The translations under genes and the position numbers were made by a program. A DNA stretch of 64,000 bases from a virus (Duplodnaviria > Caudoviricetes): the IMG/VR virus record IMGVR_UViG_3300014206_000001, positions 2,645 through 66,644 of that record; one strand, 5' to 3'. The number at the start of each line of letters is the position of its first letter. The first letter of the stretch is position 1. A model generated the notes under the pieces. It ran no database searches and had not been told where the DNA came from. It worked only from the letters and a program-made list of their open reading frames with translations. Positions 26,289 through 36,654 of the stretch are shown here, piece after piece.

Positions 26289-28448
26289 ATGAAGGTAATT
26301 AAAAGAAACGGAAAGTTGGAAGTGTTTGATTCCAGTAAAATTATTACTGCTATTCAAAAAGCTTTTCAAGAAACCGGAGAAAAAGGATCTTATACTTCTG
26401 TTACAACGGCAGTATTAAAAGAAATAAAAGATCATATGAGCGTTGAATCTATTCAGGATATAATAGAGAAAACGCTTATGGAAAAAGGATTTTTAGTAAC
26501 AGCTAAATCTTTTATTCTTTATAGAGAGCAGCATAAGAATCTCAGAGAAACAATGAAACGGGTTGAGTATATCGACAACTATATTGATAATGGAGAGAAT
26601 GCTGCTACCTCATCAGAGGTTGATGATAATGCCAATATTCAAAACAAGAACGTAGCCACATTAGACGCAGAAGTGCATAAAAAAGACAATACTTTAATTA
26701 ACAGGTATAGAATTACTAAAAAGCTTAAAGAGATGTACGGAGAAAAGGCTCCGGACTATGTTAAAGATTTGAAATCACATATTATCTACAAGCATGACGA
26801 ACACGCATTTGCCAAGCCTTATTGTGTAGCAGTAAATCTATTTCCTTTTATGCAGAAAGGTACTTCTTCCTTAGACGGATTGAATAGTTGTGCGCCAAAG
26901 AATTTAACCAGTTTTGTAGGGCAATTTACAAACTTGACCTTTCTTTTGTCTTCTCAGTTTGCAGGAGCTGTGGCATTTGGGGAATTTTTCAACGTATTTA
27001 ATTACTACTGTGTTAAGGAATTTGGAGAAAATTACTATAAAAGCTCAAGACTAAATGTAGGAATAAAAAGCAGTCCAGAGAAAACAGATAAAGTAATAGA
27101 AATAACGATTTCTGATAGAATAAAACAGGCTTTCCAGGGGATAGTTTATTCCTTAAATCAGCCAGCAGGAAACCGATCTTTCCAATCTCCCTTCTCTAAC
27201 TTTTCTTATTATGACAGTAATTATTGGAATGCCTTATTTAAGGACTTTGTATATCCTGACGGAACAAAACCGGAGTGGGAAGCAATAGATTTTCTTCAAA
27301 GAAAGTTTATGAAGTGGTTCAATGCTGAAAGGAAAAAGTGTTTATTAACCTTTCCCGTTGAGACAATGGCTTTATTATCCGACGGTAAAGACAAAATCAA
27401 AGACAGTGCTTATGAGGACTTAACGGCAGAGATGTATGCAGAAGGACATTCTTTCTTTACTTATATTAGTGATAAAGCTGATAGCCTCAGTAGTTGCTGC
27501 CGGGTTTTGAACAAATTGGATAAAAATACTTTCAATTTCACCAATGGTTTAACAGGTGTCGCTACAGGTTCTAAATCTGTCATAACGCTTAACTTAAACA
27601 GAATTGTTCAAGATTATAGCAAGCTAAATGGTGGAATGTTATTGTTTAATTTTAATCAATATTTATCTAATATTTTAAAAAGAGTATATAAGTATCATTC
27701 AGCTTTTAATGAGCTTTTATGGCACTTGTATGATAAAAATATGTTACCAGTTTATAAACAAGGATATATAAGTTTGAATCAACAATTCCTAACAATAGGA
27801 ATAAATGGTCTAAATGAAGCTGCTGAGTTTTTAAATATTAAGGTAGGAGACAATGACAAGTATGAGGCTTTTTGTAGGCAAATCACAAGCACCATAGGAA
27901 AATGTAATAGAGAGGCAGAACAAAAGCCTTTCAATCCTAAGCATAAGTTGAAGTTTAATACAGAGATGGTTCCGGCAGAAAGTTTGGCTATTAAGAATTA
28001 CAATTGGGATAAAGAAGATGGTTATATAGTACCAGACGAAGCTATAAGGAATTGTTATAATAGTTACTTTTACGAGCCAGAAAAAACTGAAACTTCTATA
28101 CTGGAAAAATTTAGATTACATGGCAGAAGATATGTAGATAGTTTGGATGGCGGAGTTGCTTTACATTGCAATCTGGACGAACATTTGTCTAAAAAGCAGT
28201 ATGCAATTCTTATAAAGTATGCAATAAAAAATGGCACTAATTATTTTACTTTTAATATTCCTAACAGTCAGTGTGATGATTGTGGATATATTAGTAAATC
28301 AAAAATAGATGTTTGTCCTAAATGTGGTAGTAAAAACATTACATGGTGGACGAGAATTATCGGCTATCTTAGACCTATAAAAGCTTTTAGCTCAGGCAGA
28401 AAGGTAGAGGCAAGTAGAAGAGTTTACAAAAACGGAGAAGAATTATGA
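26289..28448 (+). CDS. nrdD: Anaerobic (class III) ribonucleoside-triphosphate reductase with ATP cone
   Basis: ATP cone VIKRNG..FDSSKI, SSCCR, Zn site CDDCG..CPKCG, glycyl-radical motif TRIIGYL. Confidence 0.95.
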   Translation: MKVIKRNGKLEVFDSSKIITAIQKAFQETGEKGSYTSVTTAVLKEIKDHMSVESIQDIIEKTLMEKGFLVTAKSFILYREQHKNLRETMKRVEYIDNYIDNGENAATSSEVDDNANIQNKNVATLDAEVHKKDNTLINRYRITKKLKEMYGEKAPDYVKDLKSHIIYKHDEHAFAKPYCVAVNLFPFMQKGTSSLDGLNSCAPKNLTSFVGQFTNLTFLLSSQFAGAVAFGEFFNVFNYYCVKEFGENYYKSSRLNVGIKSSPEKTDKVIEITISDRIKQAFQGIVYSLNQPAGNRSFQSPFSNFSYYDSNYWNALFKDFVYPDGTKPEWEAIDFLQRKFMKWFNAERKKCLLTFPVETMALLSDGKDKIKDSAYEDLTAEMYAEGHSFFTYISDKADSLSSCCRVLNKLDKNTFNFTNGLTGVATGSKSVITLNLNRIVQDYSKLNGGMLLFNFNQYLSNILKRVYKYHSAFNELLWHLYDKNMLPVYKQGYISLNQQFLTIGINGLNEAAEFLNIKVGDNDKYEAFCRQITSTIGKCNREAEQKPFNPKHKLKFNTEMVPAESLAIKNYNWDKEDGYIVPDEAIRNCYNSYFYEPEKTETSILEKFRLHGRRYVDSLDGGVALHCNLDEHLSKKQYAILIKYAIKNGTNYFTFNIPNSQCDDCGYISKSKIDVCPKCGSKNITWWTRIIGYLRPIKAFSSGRKVEASRRVYKNGEEL

Positions 28449-28552
28449 AATGCGTAGACACAATGATCGTAATGGCAGATGTGCCTGATGAAATAACATT
28501 AGCAATTAACATTTCTAATTGTCCTATACACCGTTCAATAATAATGTCCTAA
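28445..28552 (+). pseudogene. nrdG: Truncated 5' copy of nrdG (29 homologous codons, then non-homologous sequence and a stop)
   Basis: MKCVDTMIVMADVPDEITLAINISNCPIH|RSIIMS*; 23/28 aa identical to the start of 29286..29762. Confidence 0.9.
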
Positions 28553-28555
28553 TGA

Positions 28556-28587
28556 TTGGTATATTTGCATTATTTTATATATCTTTG
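28556..28587 (+). promoter_or_regulatory. Promoter carried by the endonuclease insert
   Basis: TATATTTG at 28560 and TATCTTTG at 28580, 20 nt upstream of the ATG at 28607. Confidence 0.6.
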
Positions 28588-28606
28588 TAGAAACAAAATT
28601 AAAAAT

Positions 28607-29320
28607 ATGGAAGATAAAATAAAACAAAATTGTGGGGACGTTTTAATTATAGAGGGCAAATCTGATAAAAAGGTTAGACATAGGTATTACTATAAAGGCC
28701 ATTTTGAAGGATATACTAAAAAAATTACATTTAGATTGGATTCTGCTAAGTATGGACAAGTTTCTAACTTAGAAAAAAGGGATATTTATGGATTTCTGTG
28801 TGATGAAAATAATACAGATAAATATATCTATTTTGTTTGGAAGAATATGGAAAGAAGATGTTATGATCCTAAATTTGATGCTTATTTATATTATGGAAAA
28901 AAAGGAGTAACTGTATCAGAAGAGTTTAAAACTTATTCTTATTTTAAAAATTGGTATCTATCACATAATTATAGTGTTAAATATGATTTAGATAAAGATT
29001 GTCTTTCCTATATATTAGATATGCCTAAAATATATTCCGAAAAAACCTGTATATTAGTCCCATCTGAGATTAATACTCTTCTATCTACTATAGGAAAAGG
29101 AATCTATTTAACTCCTTATAATACTTATTGTGTAAGAATACGAAGAAATTATTGTAAAATAAATAAAAATTTTAAAACTTTAGCTGAGGCTATTAAATAT
29201 AAAAAGAAAGAGGATATGAAATATTTAACACTTTTATTACCTCTATACGTATTGAAGGAGGAAACAATTAAAAATTTAAAGAAATATGTTAAAATATGTA
29301 GATACAATGGTAGTATGTAG
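28607..29320 (+). mobile_element. Free-standing HNH-type homing endonuclease gene inserted in nrdG
   Basis: WKNMERRCY..YGKKGVTVSEEF..F.NW..DLDKD..YSEKTCILVPSEIN plus a basic AP2-like C-terminus; sits between two nrdG 5' ends. Confidence 0.8.
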
Positions 29321-29762
29321 CGATGTGCCAGATGAAATAACTTTAGCTATAAACATCTCTAACTGTTGTATACACTGCAAAGGATGCCACAGTCCTTATT
29401 TATGGGAGGATATAGGAATAGAATTAACTGAATCAATATTGAATAAGTTAATTAAAGAAAATGACGGAATAACTTGTGTTTGTATCATGGGTGGCGATGC
29501 TTTTCCAGCAGAGGTGAACAAAGCTTTAGTTTTAATAGAAAAGCAAGGGTTGAAGTCAGCTTGGTATTCTGGAAAACAAGGAATAGCAAAAGAAGTAGAT
29601 TTAGGAAATTTGGATTATTTGAAATTAGGGCCTTATGTAGAAAAATTAGGTGGGCTAATTAATAAAACGACTAATCAGGTAATGTATAAAATTACTCATG
29701 ATAAAAATGGCATAACCATGAAAAATATCACTAGTAAGTTTTGGGAAAAATTAAATAGCTAA
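29286..29762 (+). CDS. nrdG: Anaerobic RNR activating protein (radical SAM)
   Basis: CxxxCxxC (CCIHCKGC), CIMGGD, WYSG, YLKLGPY..GGL..TTNQ. Confidence 0.92.
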   Translation: MLKYVDTMVVCSDVPDEITLAINISNCCIHCKGCHSPYLWEDIGIELTESILNKLIKENDGITCVCIMGGDAFPAEVNKALVLIEKQGLKSAWYSGKQGIAKEVDLGNLDYLKLGPYVEKLGGLINKTTNQVMYKITHDKNGITMKNITSKFWEKLNS

Positions 29763-29807
29763 AACCCGACGCAGCTAAAAGCAGGTAGGGAAATATAAAA
29801 AAATGAT

Positions 29808-30173
29808 ATGGAATTTAAAGGAATTGTTAAAACAGTTGTAGACAAATCAGGTGTAAGTAAAAAAGACAACAAACCGTACACATCTTGGAAGTTTATCGTT
29901 GAAGAAGATACTCAGAATTACCCAAATTCAATGGTTCTGGATATTTTTGGAGATAAAGTAACTTGCCCAAAAGAAGGTGATCGTGTTAATGTTATTTTCA
30001 ACACGAAAGCTAAAGAGTATAATGGTAATCTATACCAGAATAATAATGTTTGGAAGATTGAGAAGGAAGAAGAGGAAGAAGCAATGGATACGTCAGCTCC
30101 GGCAATACCTATTCCTGATGGTGGGAAAATAGAAACAGAGGACAAAGATGAAGAAGATATTTTACCTTTCTAA
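29808..30173 (+). CDS. Single-stranded DNA-binding protein (DUF3127-like)
   Basis: OB-type GVSK..W..FIVEE..QYP..FN..KEYNG.LYQ and an acidic tail ending EEDILPF. Confidence 0.8.
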   Translation: MEFKGIVKTVVDKSGVSKKDNKPYTSWKFIVEEDTQNYPNSMVLDIFGDKVTCPKEGDRVNVIFNTKAKEYNGNLYQNNNVWKIEKEEEEEAMDTSAPAIPIPDGGKIETEDKDEEDILPF

Positions 30174-30183
30174 AATCAAAATC

Positions 30184-30435
30184 ATGAAAACAACCCTCTC
30201 AAAACACAAAGCAAAAGCAAAAAAGATAGAATATATAATGAGGACTATCGAACACAGACATCCAGAGATTGACTTTAATAACGAAAGATTAAAACATGAC
30301 ATCTCAGATTATTTTAAATTAAAACAGCAACTAAAAGATGAGCAAGACGACATCATCTGCTGTGTTTCAGATAATCCCGATATGATGTGTTCAGATTGTA
30401 ATTGTTGGAAAAAAACACGAGCAATGTGTGGATAA
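30184..30435 (+). CDS. Hypothetical protein with a C-terminal Cys cluster
   Basis: Tiled ORF; CSDCNCWK. Confidence 0.55.
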   Translation: MKTTLSKHKAKAKKIEYIMRTIEHRHPEIDFNNERLKHDISDYFKLKQQLKDEQDDIICCVSDNPDMMCSDCNCWKKTRAMCG

Positions 30436-30466
30436 AAAAGAAGCCCCTATTTGGGGCTTTCTTTTT
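30434..30466. terminator. Bidirectional intrinsic terminator
   Basis: AAGCCCC-TATTT-GGGGCTT flanked by A- and T-runs between convergent genes. Confidence 0.85.
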
Positions 30467-31949
30467 GCTTTAAAATATTCTTTTTGAAGAAATACCAATA
30501 CTTGGGGCTAATATTAGCTCCATTTTTTGTTCTTAGTATCCCTATGGCTTTCATAAATGCTGCATGGGGATTATCTTTGTTCTTAATACAGATGTCTCTT
30601 AGAATCCAATTATTCTTCCAACCAGCAAGTTTCTTTTCAGCTATCCATCCTTCCATGGTATCCTTTTCCTTTTTTACCAACTCAGTTAATTCTACTTCAT
30701 ATACTTCTTGAGATGTTTCAAAATGGAACTTACAGAAAGGACAATCACGTGCAGAAACAGGAATAGACCTTCCACATCCATGTTTTCCATTCTTGTCTGT
30801 TTTTTCTACAGGACATTCTTTAGTAGGCATAACACCTCCACCCCCTACTTTATGCCATAGAGCTATTGGCGGATCATCTTCGTATATTCCAAAATGGTCT
30901 ATGTTGTCACCGAAATCTAAAACATAAAAAAACTTTTTCCCTTTACAAAGCCTAGATCCTCTACCAGTTGGCTGTCCATATCGAGCATAGGATTTAGTTG
31001 AATAATCAAGAATAACAGCTTCTAATGTAGGCTCGTCCCATCCGGTATCTACAGTTCCTACTGTAACCAAAACCTTAAAGCCGTCTTTCGAGAAACTTTC
31101 GAGTAAAGGTTCTCTATCTCCGGAAAACTCTTTATCGGTTTTAGGAAACTTTTTAGATAGAAGATATTTGGCTGAAATACCAGCATTATTAAAAGCCTTA
31201 CATAAATCTATACAGTGTTTCGATCCTGTAGTGAATACAGCTGTTTTTGCATTAGGACATATCTTTAAGTAGTTTTTAATTATACCTGCATACCTTTCCG
31301 GTTTAGCAAACCTTTTTTGTAACTGATTATTATGGTAATCTCCTGTATTTCTATCTATAGATACATCATCTAACTTTGGAGCCTGGAACTTAAAATTCCT
31401 TGAAGGAGTAAGGTATCCTAAAGATATTAATTCCTTTGTAGTCGTTACAGAAACTATATCTTGATATGTTTCTCCTAATTGAGTTTGTGTCCCAGTTCTC
31501 ACACAGGTAGCAGAAACACCCACAATCCATACATCTTCTCTTAGGTATGGGAGTATAGCATCGTATTCACACCTGTGAGCTTCATCTATGATCAAAAAAT
31601 CTATAGTCTTCATCCATTCCTTAACACTTTCAAACTTATTAATCCTGGATTGTAGTGTTTTTGTCATAGCACAATAAATCATAGAATCCTGCATATTCTT
31701 CATATGTGGATTTATTCTAAAAACAGATTGTCCTAAAATATTAATTTTACTTACATTCTGTTTAAATATCTCCTCTCTATGAGTTAATACAAGAGTTCTA
31801 TGATTTTTTGCAGCAGCCCTTATAGCCATATCTGCAATACAATAACTTTTCCCTCCACCCTGTGACAAATAGCCTAGTACGTGTGTATTTCCTTTTGCCA
31901 TAGATGCAAGTATAGCATCATTAAACCTTGTCTGGTACGGATATAACAT
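30447..31949 (-). CDS. SF2 DEAD/DEAH-box helicase (RadD/YejH-like) with C-terminal Zn ribbon
   Basis: SQGGGKS, IIDEAH, SAT, TGWDEP, GRGSR, CPFC. Confidence 0.9.
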   Translation of the reverse strand: MLYPYQTRFNDAILASMAKGNTHVLGYLSQGGGKSYCIADMAIRAAAKNHRTLVLTHREEIFKQNVSKINILGQSVFRINPHMKNMQDSMIYCAMTKTLQSRINKFESVKEWMKTIDFLIIDEAHRCEYDAILPYLREDVWIVGVSATCVRTGTQTQLGETYQDIVSVTTTKELISLGYLTPSRNFKFQAPKLDDVSIDRNTGDYHNNQLQKRFAKPERYAGIIKNYLKICPNAKTAVFTTGSKHCIDLCKAFNNAGISAKYLLSKKFPKTDKEFSGDREPLLESFSKDGFKVLVTVGTVDTGWDEPTLEAVILDYSTKSYARYGQPTGRGSRLCKGKKFFYVLDFGDNIDHFGIYEDDPPIALWHKVGGGGVMPTKECPVEKTDKNGKHGCGRSIPVSARDCPFCKFHFETSQEVYEVELTELVKKEKDTMEGWIAEKKLAGWKNNWILRDICIKNKDNPHAAFMKAIGILRTKNGANISPKYWYFFKKNILKQKESPK

Positions 31950-32247
31950 CTTCTTTTTTCTTTAGTTTTAAATACAAAAAAGTCATTTTAATAATATCTC
32001 CATATTTTTTATACCATAATTTAATGAAGGAAAAAACAGACATCCTATACAATCTACCTACAAGTTCTTTTGCCTCATCAGACAATATATGAATTTCCTT
32101 ATATGATATTAAATCGGAAACTATCTCATCAGTTGTAACTATTGTTTTTTTACCATTCTCTAATAAAAAATCCACATTGTTTTTCATTGCACAAAGTGGG
32201 ATTATAATTTCTTCTCTATAAGCGTGTGCTATTTCATTCATACTCAA
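31921..32247 (-). CDS. Hypothetical protein
   Basis: Tiled ORF. Confidence 0.55.
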   Translation of the reverse strand: MSMNEIAHAYREEIIIPLCAMKNNVDFLLENGKKTIVTTDEIVSDLISYKEIHILSDEAKELVGRLYRMSVFSFIKLWYKKYGDIIKMTFLYLKLKKKEDVISVPDKV

Positions 32248-32587
32248 TTTCTTTTACTGTTATAAAGAAAATATTTTCTCTATCAATGTCCGATTTCCAG
32301 TTTTGCAACATTTTACTAAAAATAAAAGACATTGATCTTCCATATAACATCATTGACAGTGTCTCTGCTATTGGTGATTTAATAGCTATCACTGTTTTCG
32401 CCATTAACTTTACTTGCTTAGGTGGGTTATCTATCGTGGATATGATCGCTCCAATAGGCACATCTACCAACCATGCATTCTTATATAAACCAAAAGGGAC
32501 TAACATCCCTTTTAGTTTTGGTTCAAATAATTTAGATTCAACTATGTGTAGATCCATCTTTTTTAGTTTTGTATTCATAAATTCCAT
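32234..32587 (-). CDS. Hypothetical protein
   Basis: Tiled ORF. Confidence 0.6.
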   Translation of the reverse strand: MEFMNTKLKKMDLHIVESKLFEPKLKGMLVPFGLYKNAWLVDVPIGAIISTIDNPPKQVKLMAKTVIAIKSPIAETLSMMLYGRSMSFIFSKMLQNWKSDIDRENIFFITVKEIEYE

Positions 32588-33119
32588 TTCTAATTAAAGT
32601 GCATACATAAAATATAGACGGTTTTGTTTTTGTAGCAACTCTATTGTCATGAATAACGCTTAACTCATATTTCAATTTGTCTGCCATTTTAAACGTATTC
32701 AACTTTTTTTTCATACCTATACGGGTGTGGGTTGAACATCTGTCATCTAACTTAGACAGATTTTCTGCATCAAATTTTGAATAGGATTTACCATCTAATA
32801 AACCTTGTCTGTATGAATGTTCTGCTGCTACACATATACTTACTTTGTTCTTATTCATAGTCGATGAATATAATACGGTATTGCGTAATCTATTTGCATC
32901 TATCTTAGAACAAACCATACATATGTAATCGCAATATAATTTATTACTCATTGCTTTACTGTCAGGCAAAAAACGAAACGTATTATAATTATCTTCTCTT
33001 TTTGCACATTCATCAATCTCACCTGCATCTCCGGATGTTGCTGCATCAAGAACTCCTTTCCTGTACATATACTCACACATCCGGATTAAGTCTAATACTA
33101 TAGCGTAATTATTCCACAT
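32538..33119 (-). CDS. Hypothetical protein
   Basis: Tiled ORF (start MWNNY). Confidence 0.6.
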   Translation of the reverse strand: MWNNYAIVLDLIRMCEYMYRKGVLDAATSGDAGEIDECAKREDNYNTFRFLPDSKAMSNKLYCDYICMVCSKIDANRLRNTVLYSSTMNKNKVSICVAAEHSYRQGLLDGKSYSKFDAENLSKLDDRCSTHTRIGMKKKLNTFKMADKLKYELSVIHDNRVATKTKPSIFYVCTLIRNGIYEYKTKKDGSTHS

Positions 33120-33120
33120 A

Positions 33121-34836
33121 CTAAGCCTTTTTATTAAAGAATACTTCACCACCTTCTACGATAATTTCGTCATCACCGATTTCTTTTTTATCGTAATCAT
33201 CAGTTCTTGAAGTAATCAATTGAATGTCTAACTTCTCACACATACTATTTAAAACTTCCAATCCCTTGTTTGTGAAAGCTACGTCATCAACGATGGCTAA
33301 TCTCAATGCTTTTGGTTTTAAGTTCAATCTCGCTGCCTGCAATAAAACACCTATTGCTGCTCTCTGGAATGAAGAATATTGAAATAAATACTGCATTCTT
33401 ATCTTCTTGTCTCCGGGATGGAAGAAATCAATGTCATAAGACCCGTCATATTGAATCCATACTTCTATCCTTCCTGATTCTGTTTCTACAGGGACTATGT
33501 GCATTCCTTCTACTCCACAATCAATTTTCTGATACATTGCACGAAGAACATCTATAAGTTTCTCATATTTATGTTGTGCTTCAATCCATGATTGCCACAA
33601 ATCAAATCTATCACAAAGTGCGTTTATTTTTATAGCAGATTTCTTTTCTGTATCAAGTTTGGATATTTCTGCATCTATTTTTGTGGTATCTATGACACCT
33701 TTTTCAGGTAAATCTAAAGGAGTTTTTTCTAATTTCAAATAGTCAGCAGATCTTTTGGTTAAGTTAGCTGCAAGGGTTTTGTCTGGAAGGGCTATAATGG
33801 GAAGCATACAGTTATATTCAGCCATTTGCTCTTTTCTATCTTTATTTATAAGAATGTTTATTTCTGTTCGGCTTTCTACACTAATTATTTCTTCTACTAA
33901 GGTATATAATTCTTTATAGCGTGCACTAAGTTCTATTTCTTTTTTAGAAAAATAGTCATACTCCTTCCTAAGCTTGTCATAATCAGCCTGTTTCTTATCA
34001 TTATCATCTCTGATTTTTTCCCTTATATCTATTACATCATCCTTAATAACTTGTAACTGCTTTTCCCTCTCTGCTTTTATTTTCGCAACAGCTAATTCAT
34101 AAGCGGTATCCGAACCATTAACAATTCTGTCAAGTTCGATTCTTTTTTGAGTTATCTTTTCATTAATGGCAACGACATCCTGTCTGCGTAATGCAGCCAA
34201 CATGGTTTCATCTAACCCTTCTTCTTTAAATCTTTCAAGGTAACTCCCCGAACCCTGACACATAGTTCTACAGGCATCTCTATGTTTTTTAGCAGCCAAT
34301 ATGTCTGCTACAACTTTATCTGCCCCAAGTTCTTCTAATTCAGGTTTATAGAGCTTTTCTATTAACTGCCTATGGGTTGTTTGATTTTCTGAAAATAAAG
34401 CTGCCATATTGAATGTTAATTCCGTGGTCAGCATTTCAACATACTTACCGGCTGTAGCGGCTACTCCATCAATAAGTGGCTGGTATTGCTTACCATCTGC
34501 ATCTTTTGCATACAGATATGTTTCAAATTTATTTTCACCCTTCTTTCCTCCTTTTTGATACTGAGTAACTTTAGCTCCGGCATATATTTTAATATCACCA
34601 TCCAAAAGGAGGACTTCTGATAAATAGCCATTTTCAAGGATGTCCTTTTTCTTTATTGCAGCTACTCCGGCGGTTGCAGTTTGCAACATTTCAAGTAATG
34701 TACTCTTTCCGTTTCCAGATTCTCCTACTAATTGTATCAACTTCTTAGACATGATGTCCGGTGTTAATACTACTGCTTTGATAATGTTGTGATTCTCTGC
34801 TCTAAAGCTCAGAATTTTTACTTTTTTTTGTTCCAT
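33121..34836 (-). CDS. SMC/Rad50-like coiled-coil ATPase
   Basis: Walker A GESGNGKS, long central coiled coil, C-terminal YSSFQR and AIVDD. Confidence 0.8.
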   Translation of the reverse strand: MEQKKVKILSFRAENHNIIKAVVLTPDIMSKKLIQLVGESGNGKSTLLEMLQTATAGVAAIKKKDILENGYLSEVLLLDGDIKIYAGAKVTQYQKGGKKGENKFETYLYAKDADGKQYQPLIDGVAATAGKYVEMLTTELTFNMAALFSENQTTHRQLIEKLYKPELEELGADKVVADILAAKKHRDACRTMCQGSGSYLERFKEEGLDETMLAALRRQDVVAINEKITQKRIELDRIVNGSDTAYELAVAKIKAEREKQLQVIKDDVIDIREKIRDDNDKKQADYDKLRKEYDYFSKKEIELSARYKELYTLVEEIISVESRTEINILINKDRKEQMAEYNCMLPIIALPDKTLAANLTKRSADYLKLEKTPLDLPEKGVIDTTKIDAEISKLDTEKKSAIKINALCDRFDLWQSWIEAQHKYEKLIDVLRAMYQKIDCGVEGMHIVPVETESGRIEVWIQYDGSYDIDFFHPGDKKIRMQYLFQYSSFQRAAIGVLLQAARLNLKPKALRLAIVDDVAFTNKGLEVLNSMCEKLDIQLITSRTDDYDKKEIGDDEIIVEGGEVFFNKKA

Positions 34837-35608
34837 TTTTGTTTGTTTTATAATAATCATTAATATCACTTAAATCCAATCCTAATTTCAAATACTCATC
34901 TGCCTGAACAACTCTATTGTAAACATCATCCAGATAACTTCCGAACTCTTTACGAGAATACTCAAAAATCAATCCTCTGCGTGGGTCTAATGGAGAATCC
35001 ATGTCAAATTCATTATCATCTGATTGAGGTAAATACTTAACCAAATATATTGTATTTACATTTGGGAAACGGATTAATTGTCCTGCCATCTGTCCACGAT
35101 GCTCTGTAAATACGTCTATTCTCTTCTTTTCAAAAGGGACTGTATCAGAAAATAACCAATACTTTTTTGTACCCACGACACACTTTATTTCAGCCAATGC
35201 TTTTATGTCCGGGATAAGCTCGTCATGGTTTGTTATCTCATGTACTTCATTATACATTCTTTCAATAGTATATTGCATAACATATCCATCAGGACTTACG
35301 CCATAACCAATCTCCGGAATAGTTGCAAATATCTTCTCTGTAAAGTCTACATCACAATGCAGAACATCCCAATCGGTATTTTCTCGTAACCATGCGATTA
35401 CATATGGTTCATTTTCTACACCAATCGTCATTGATCTTGCAGTCACAGTATCGGAAGGGATTTTGTTTTTCCTTTGGTATTGTATCTCATATAGATAAGA
35501 AATATTCCCTACTGTCCATTTTCCGGAAGCTGACATCAATTTGTCAATAGAAGATGCGGACATCATCCCTATTTTATTTTGCTTCCATCTGTATTCTTTT
35601 TCAGTCAT
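34802..35608 (-). CDS. YqaJ/lambda-exonuclease family nuclease
   Basis: KIGMMSASSI, MTIGVENEP, GVSPDG, AEIKC, QMAGQ. Confidence 0.85.
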   Translation of the reverse strand: MTEKEYRWKQNKIGMMSASSIDKLMSASGKWTVGNISYLYEIQYQRKNKIPSDTVTARSMTIGVENEPYVIAWLRENTDWDVLHCDVDFTEKIFATIPEIGYGVSPDGYVMQYTIERMYNEVHEITNHDELIPDIKALAEIKCVVGTKKYWLFSDTVPFEKKRIDVFTEHRGQMAGQLIRFPNVNTIYLVKYLPQSDDNEFDMDSPLDPRRGLIFEYSRKEFGSYLDDVYNRVVQADEYLKLGLDLSDINDYYKTNKNGTKKSKNSEL

Positions 35609-35754
35609 TGTTTTTTGTTAATAAATTTCAGTTTCATTCATAAATATATCTATACTAACTATTTTTTGATGCGAAGATGCTTTTGTTATCTTAACGAGTT
35701 TTACATCTACATTATCAGGTAAATTATTTACCCACCCTTTAAACTCTTTTGCTT

Positions 35755-36654
35755 TCATTTTAAATACCCCTTCTTAATAAATTCTCTATACATAGGATCA
35801 GCGATAATAGAAGCATCAGGATGTGGTCTGCCAGTTTTAGCGATAGTACTTACTCTTTGGTCAAAGAAATGTTTCCAGTCGCTCACAAATGCTGTGTGCA
35901 TTAATTCTGTGTTCGTATCTAATGGCAATACTACTCTTGCCTGTTCTGCTTTTCTTCCTAATCTGATTAGATTGTTATAGCAATAGATACTCACTAAGCT
36001 GGAAAATAGCCAATAATCTATGTCTGTCCAATCTCCATCATCACCTTCCATTAAATCTTGACACAGGGCGATTAACATTTCCTTAGTGGATGTTTTGCAC
36101 AATTCTTTATCATAATGGACACTATTCTTTACCCACGTAGGTTCATTAATAGCAACATCTCCTCCAAATTTACCATCAGTAAAATTACAATATCTGGTAG
36201 ATTGCTCAGAAACAGAATCTTTTCTGTACCTATTGTATTCTCTTGATATTGCAATCTGTGTACTAAACTTAACGGATACTCTTTTCTCGTGATATTTGGT
36301 GGGCTCACATTGAAATTGCAAATCATCTAACCAATCATTTTCACGTAAAACTGCATAGTTTGTGGTGATAAACACTTTATCTTCAACAATGATTGTTTTA
36401 GAATAATGATTCCATCTATACTCTCCTTTTAATCTATGGAAAAAGTCATGATTGTTAACTTTTAAATACACAGTTCCATGTTCCAACGGAGAGGTATGCT
36501 GTTTCTTAACTAACTTCTCAACAAAGATTTTAGCACTATCCTCCTTAGCTTCGGAAGCATAACAAAGTCTTCCTGCTTTTTCAATTATCTCGTAAATACC
36601 TTCTATTCCAGGATTTTGTTTTATTATTTCAAAAGTTGGTTCTTTTATTTTCAT
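35755..36654 (-). CDS. thyX: Flavin-dependent thymidylate synthase
   Basis: IEKAGRLCYAS, HTSPLEHG, REYNRYR..SEQSTRYCN, AEQARVVLP. Confidence 0.88.
   Translation of the reverse strand: MKIKEPTFEIIKQNPGIEGIYEIIEKAGRLCYASEAKEDSAKIFVEKLVKKQHTSPLEHGTVYLKVNNHDFFHRLKGEYRWNHYSKTIIVEDKVFITTNYAVLRENDWLDDLQFQCEPTKYHEKRVSVKFSTQIAISREYNRYRKDSVSEQSTRYCNFTDGKFGGDVAINEPTWVKNSVHYDKELCKTSTKEMLIALCQDLMEGDDGDWTDIDYWLFSSLVSIYCYNNLIRLGRKAEQARVVLPLDTNTELMHTAFVSDWKHFFDQRVSTIAKTGRPHPDASIIADPMYREFIKKGYLK

Noticed and set aside
28532-29375. Group I intron or intein interrupting nrdG
   Set aside because: The upstream junction does not end in U, the base before the resumed TGC codon is C rather than G, no P/Q/R/S-like core is visible, the insert is almost fully ORF, and a complete second start makes splicing unnecessary. 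There are stops in frame, so it is not an intein.
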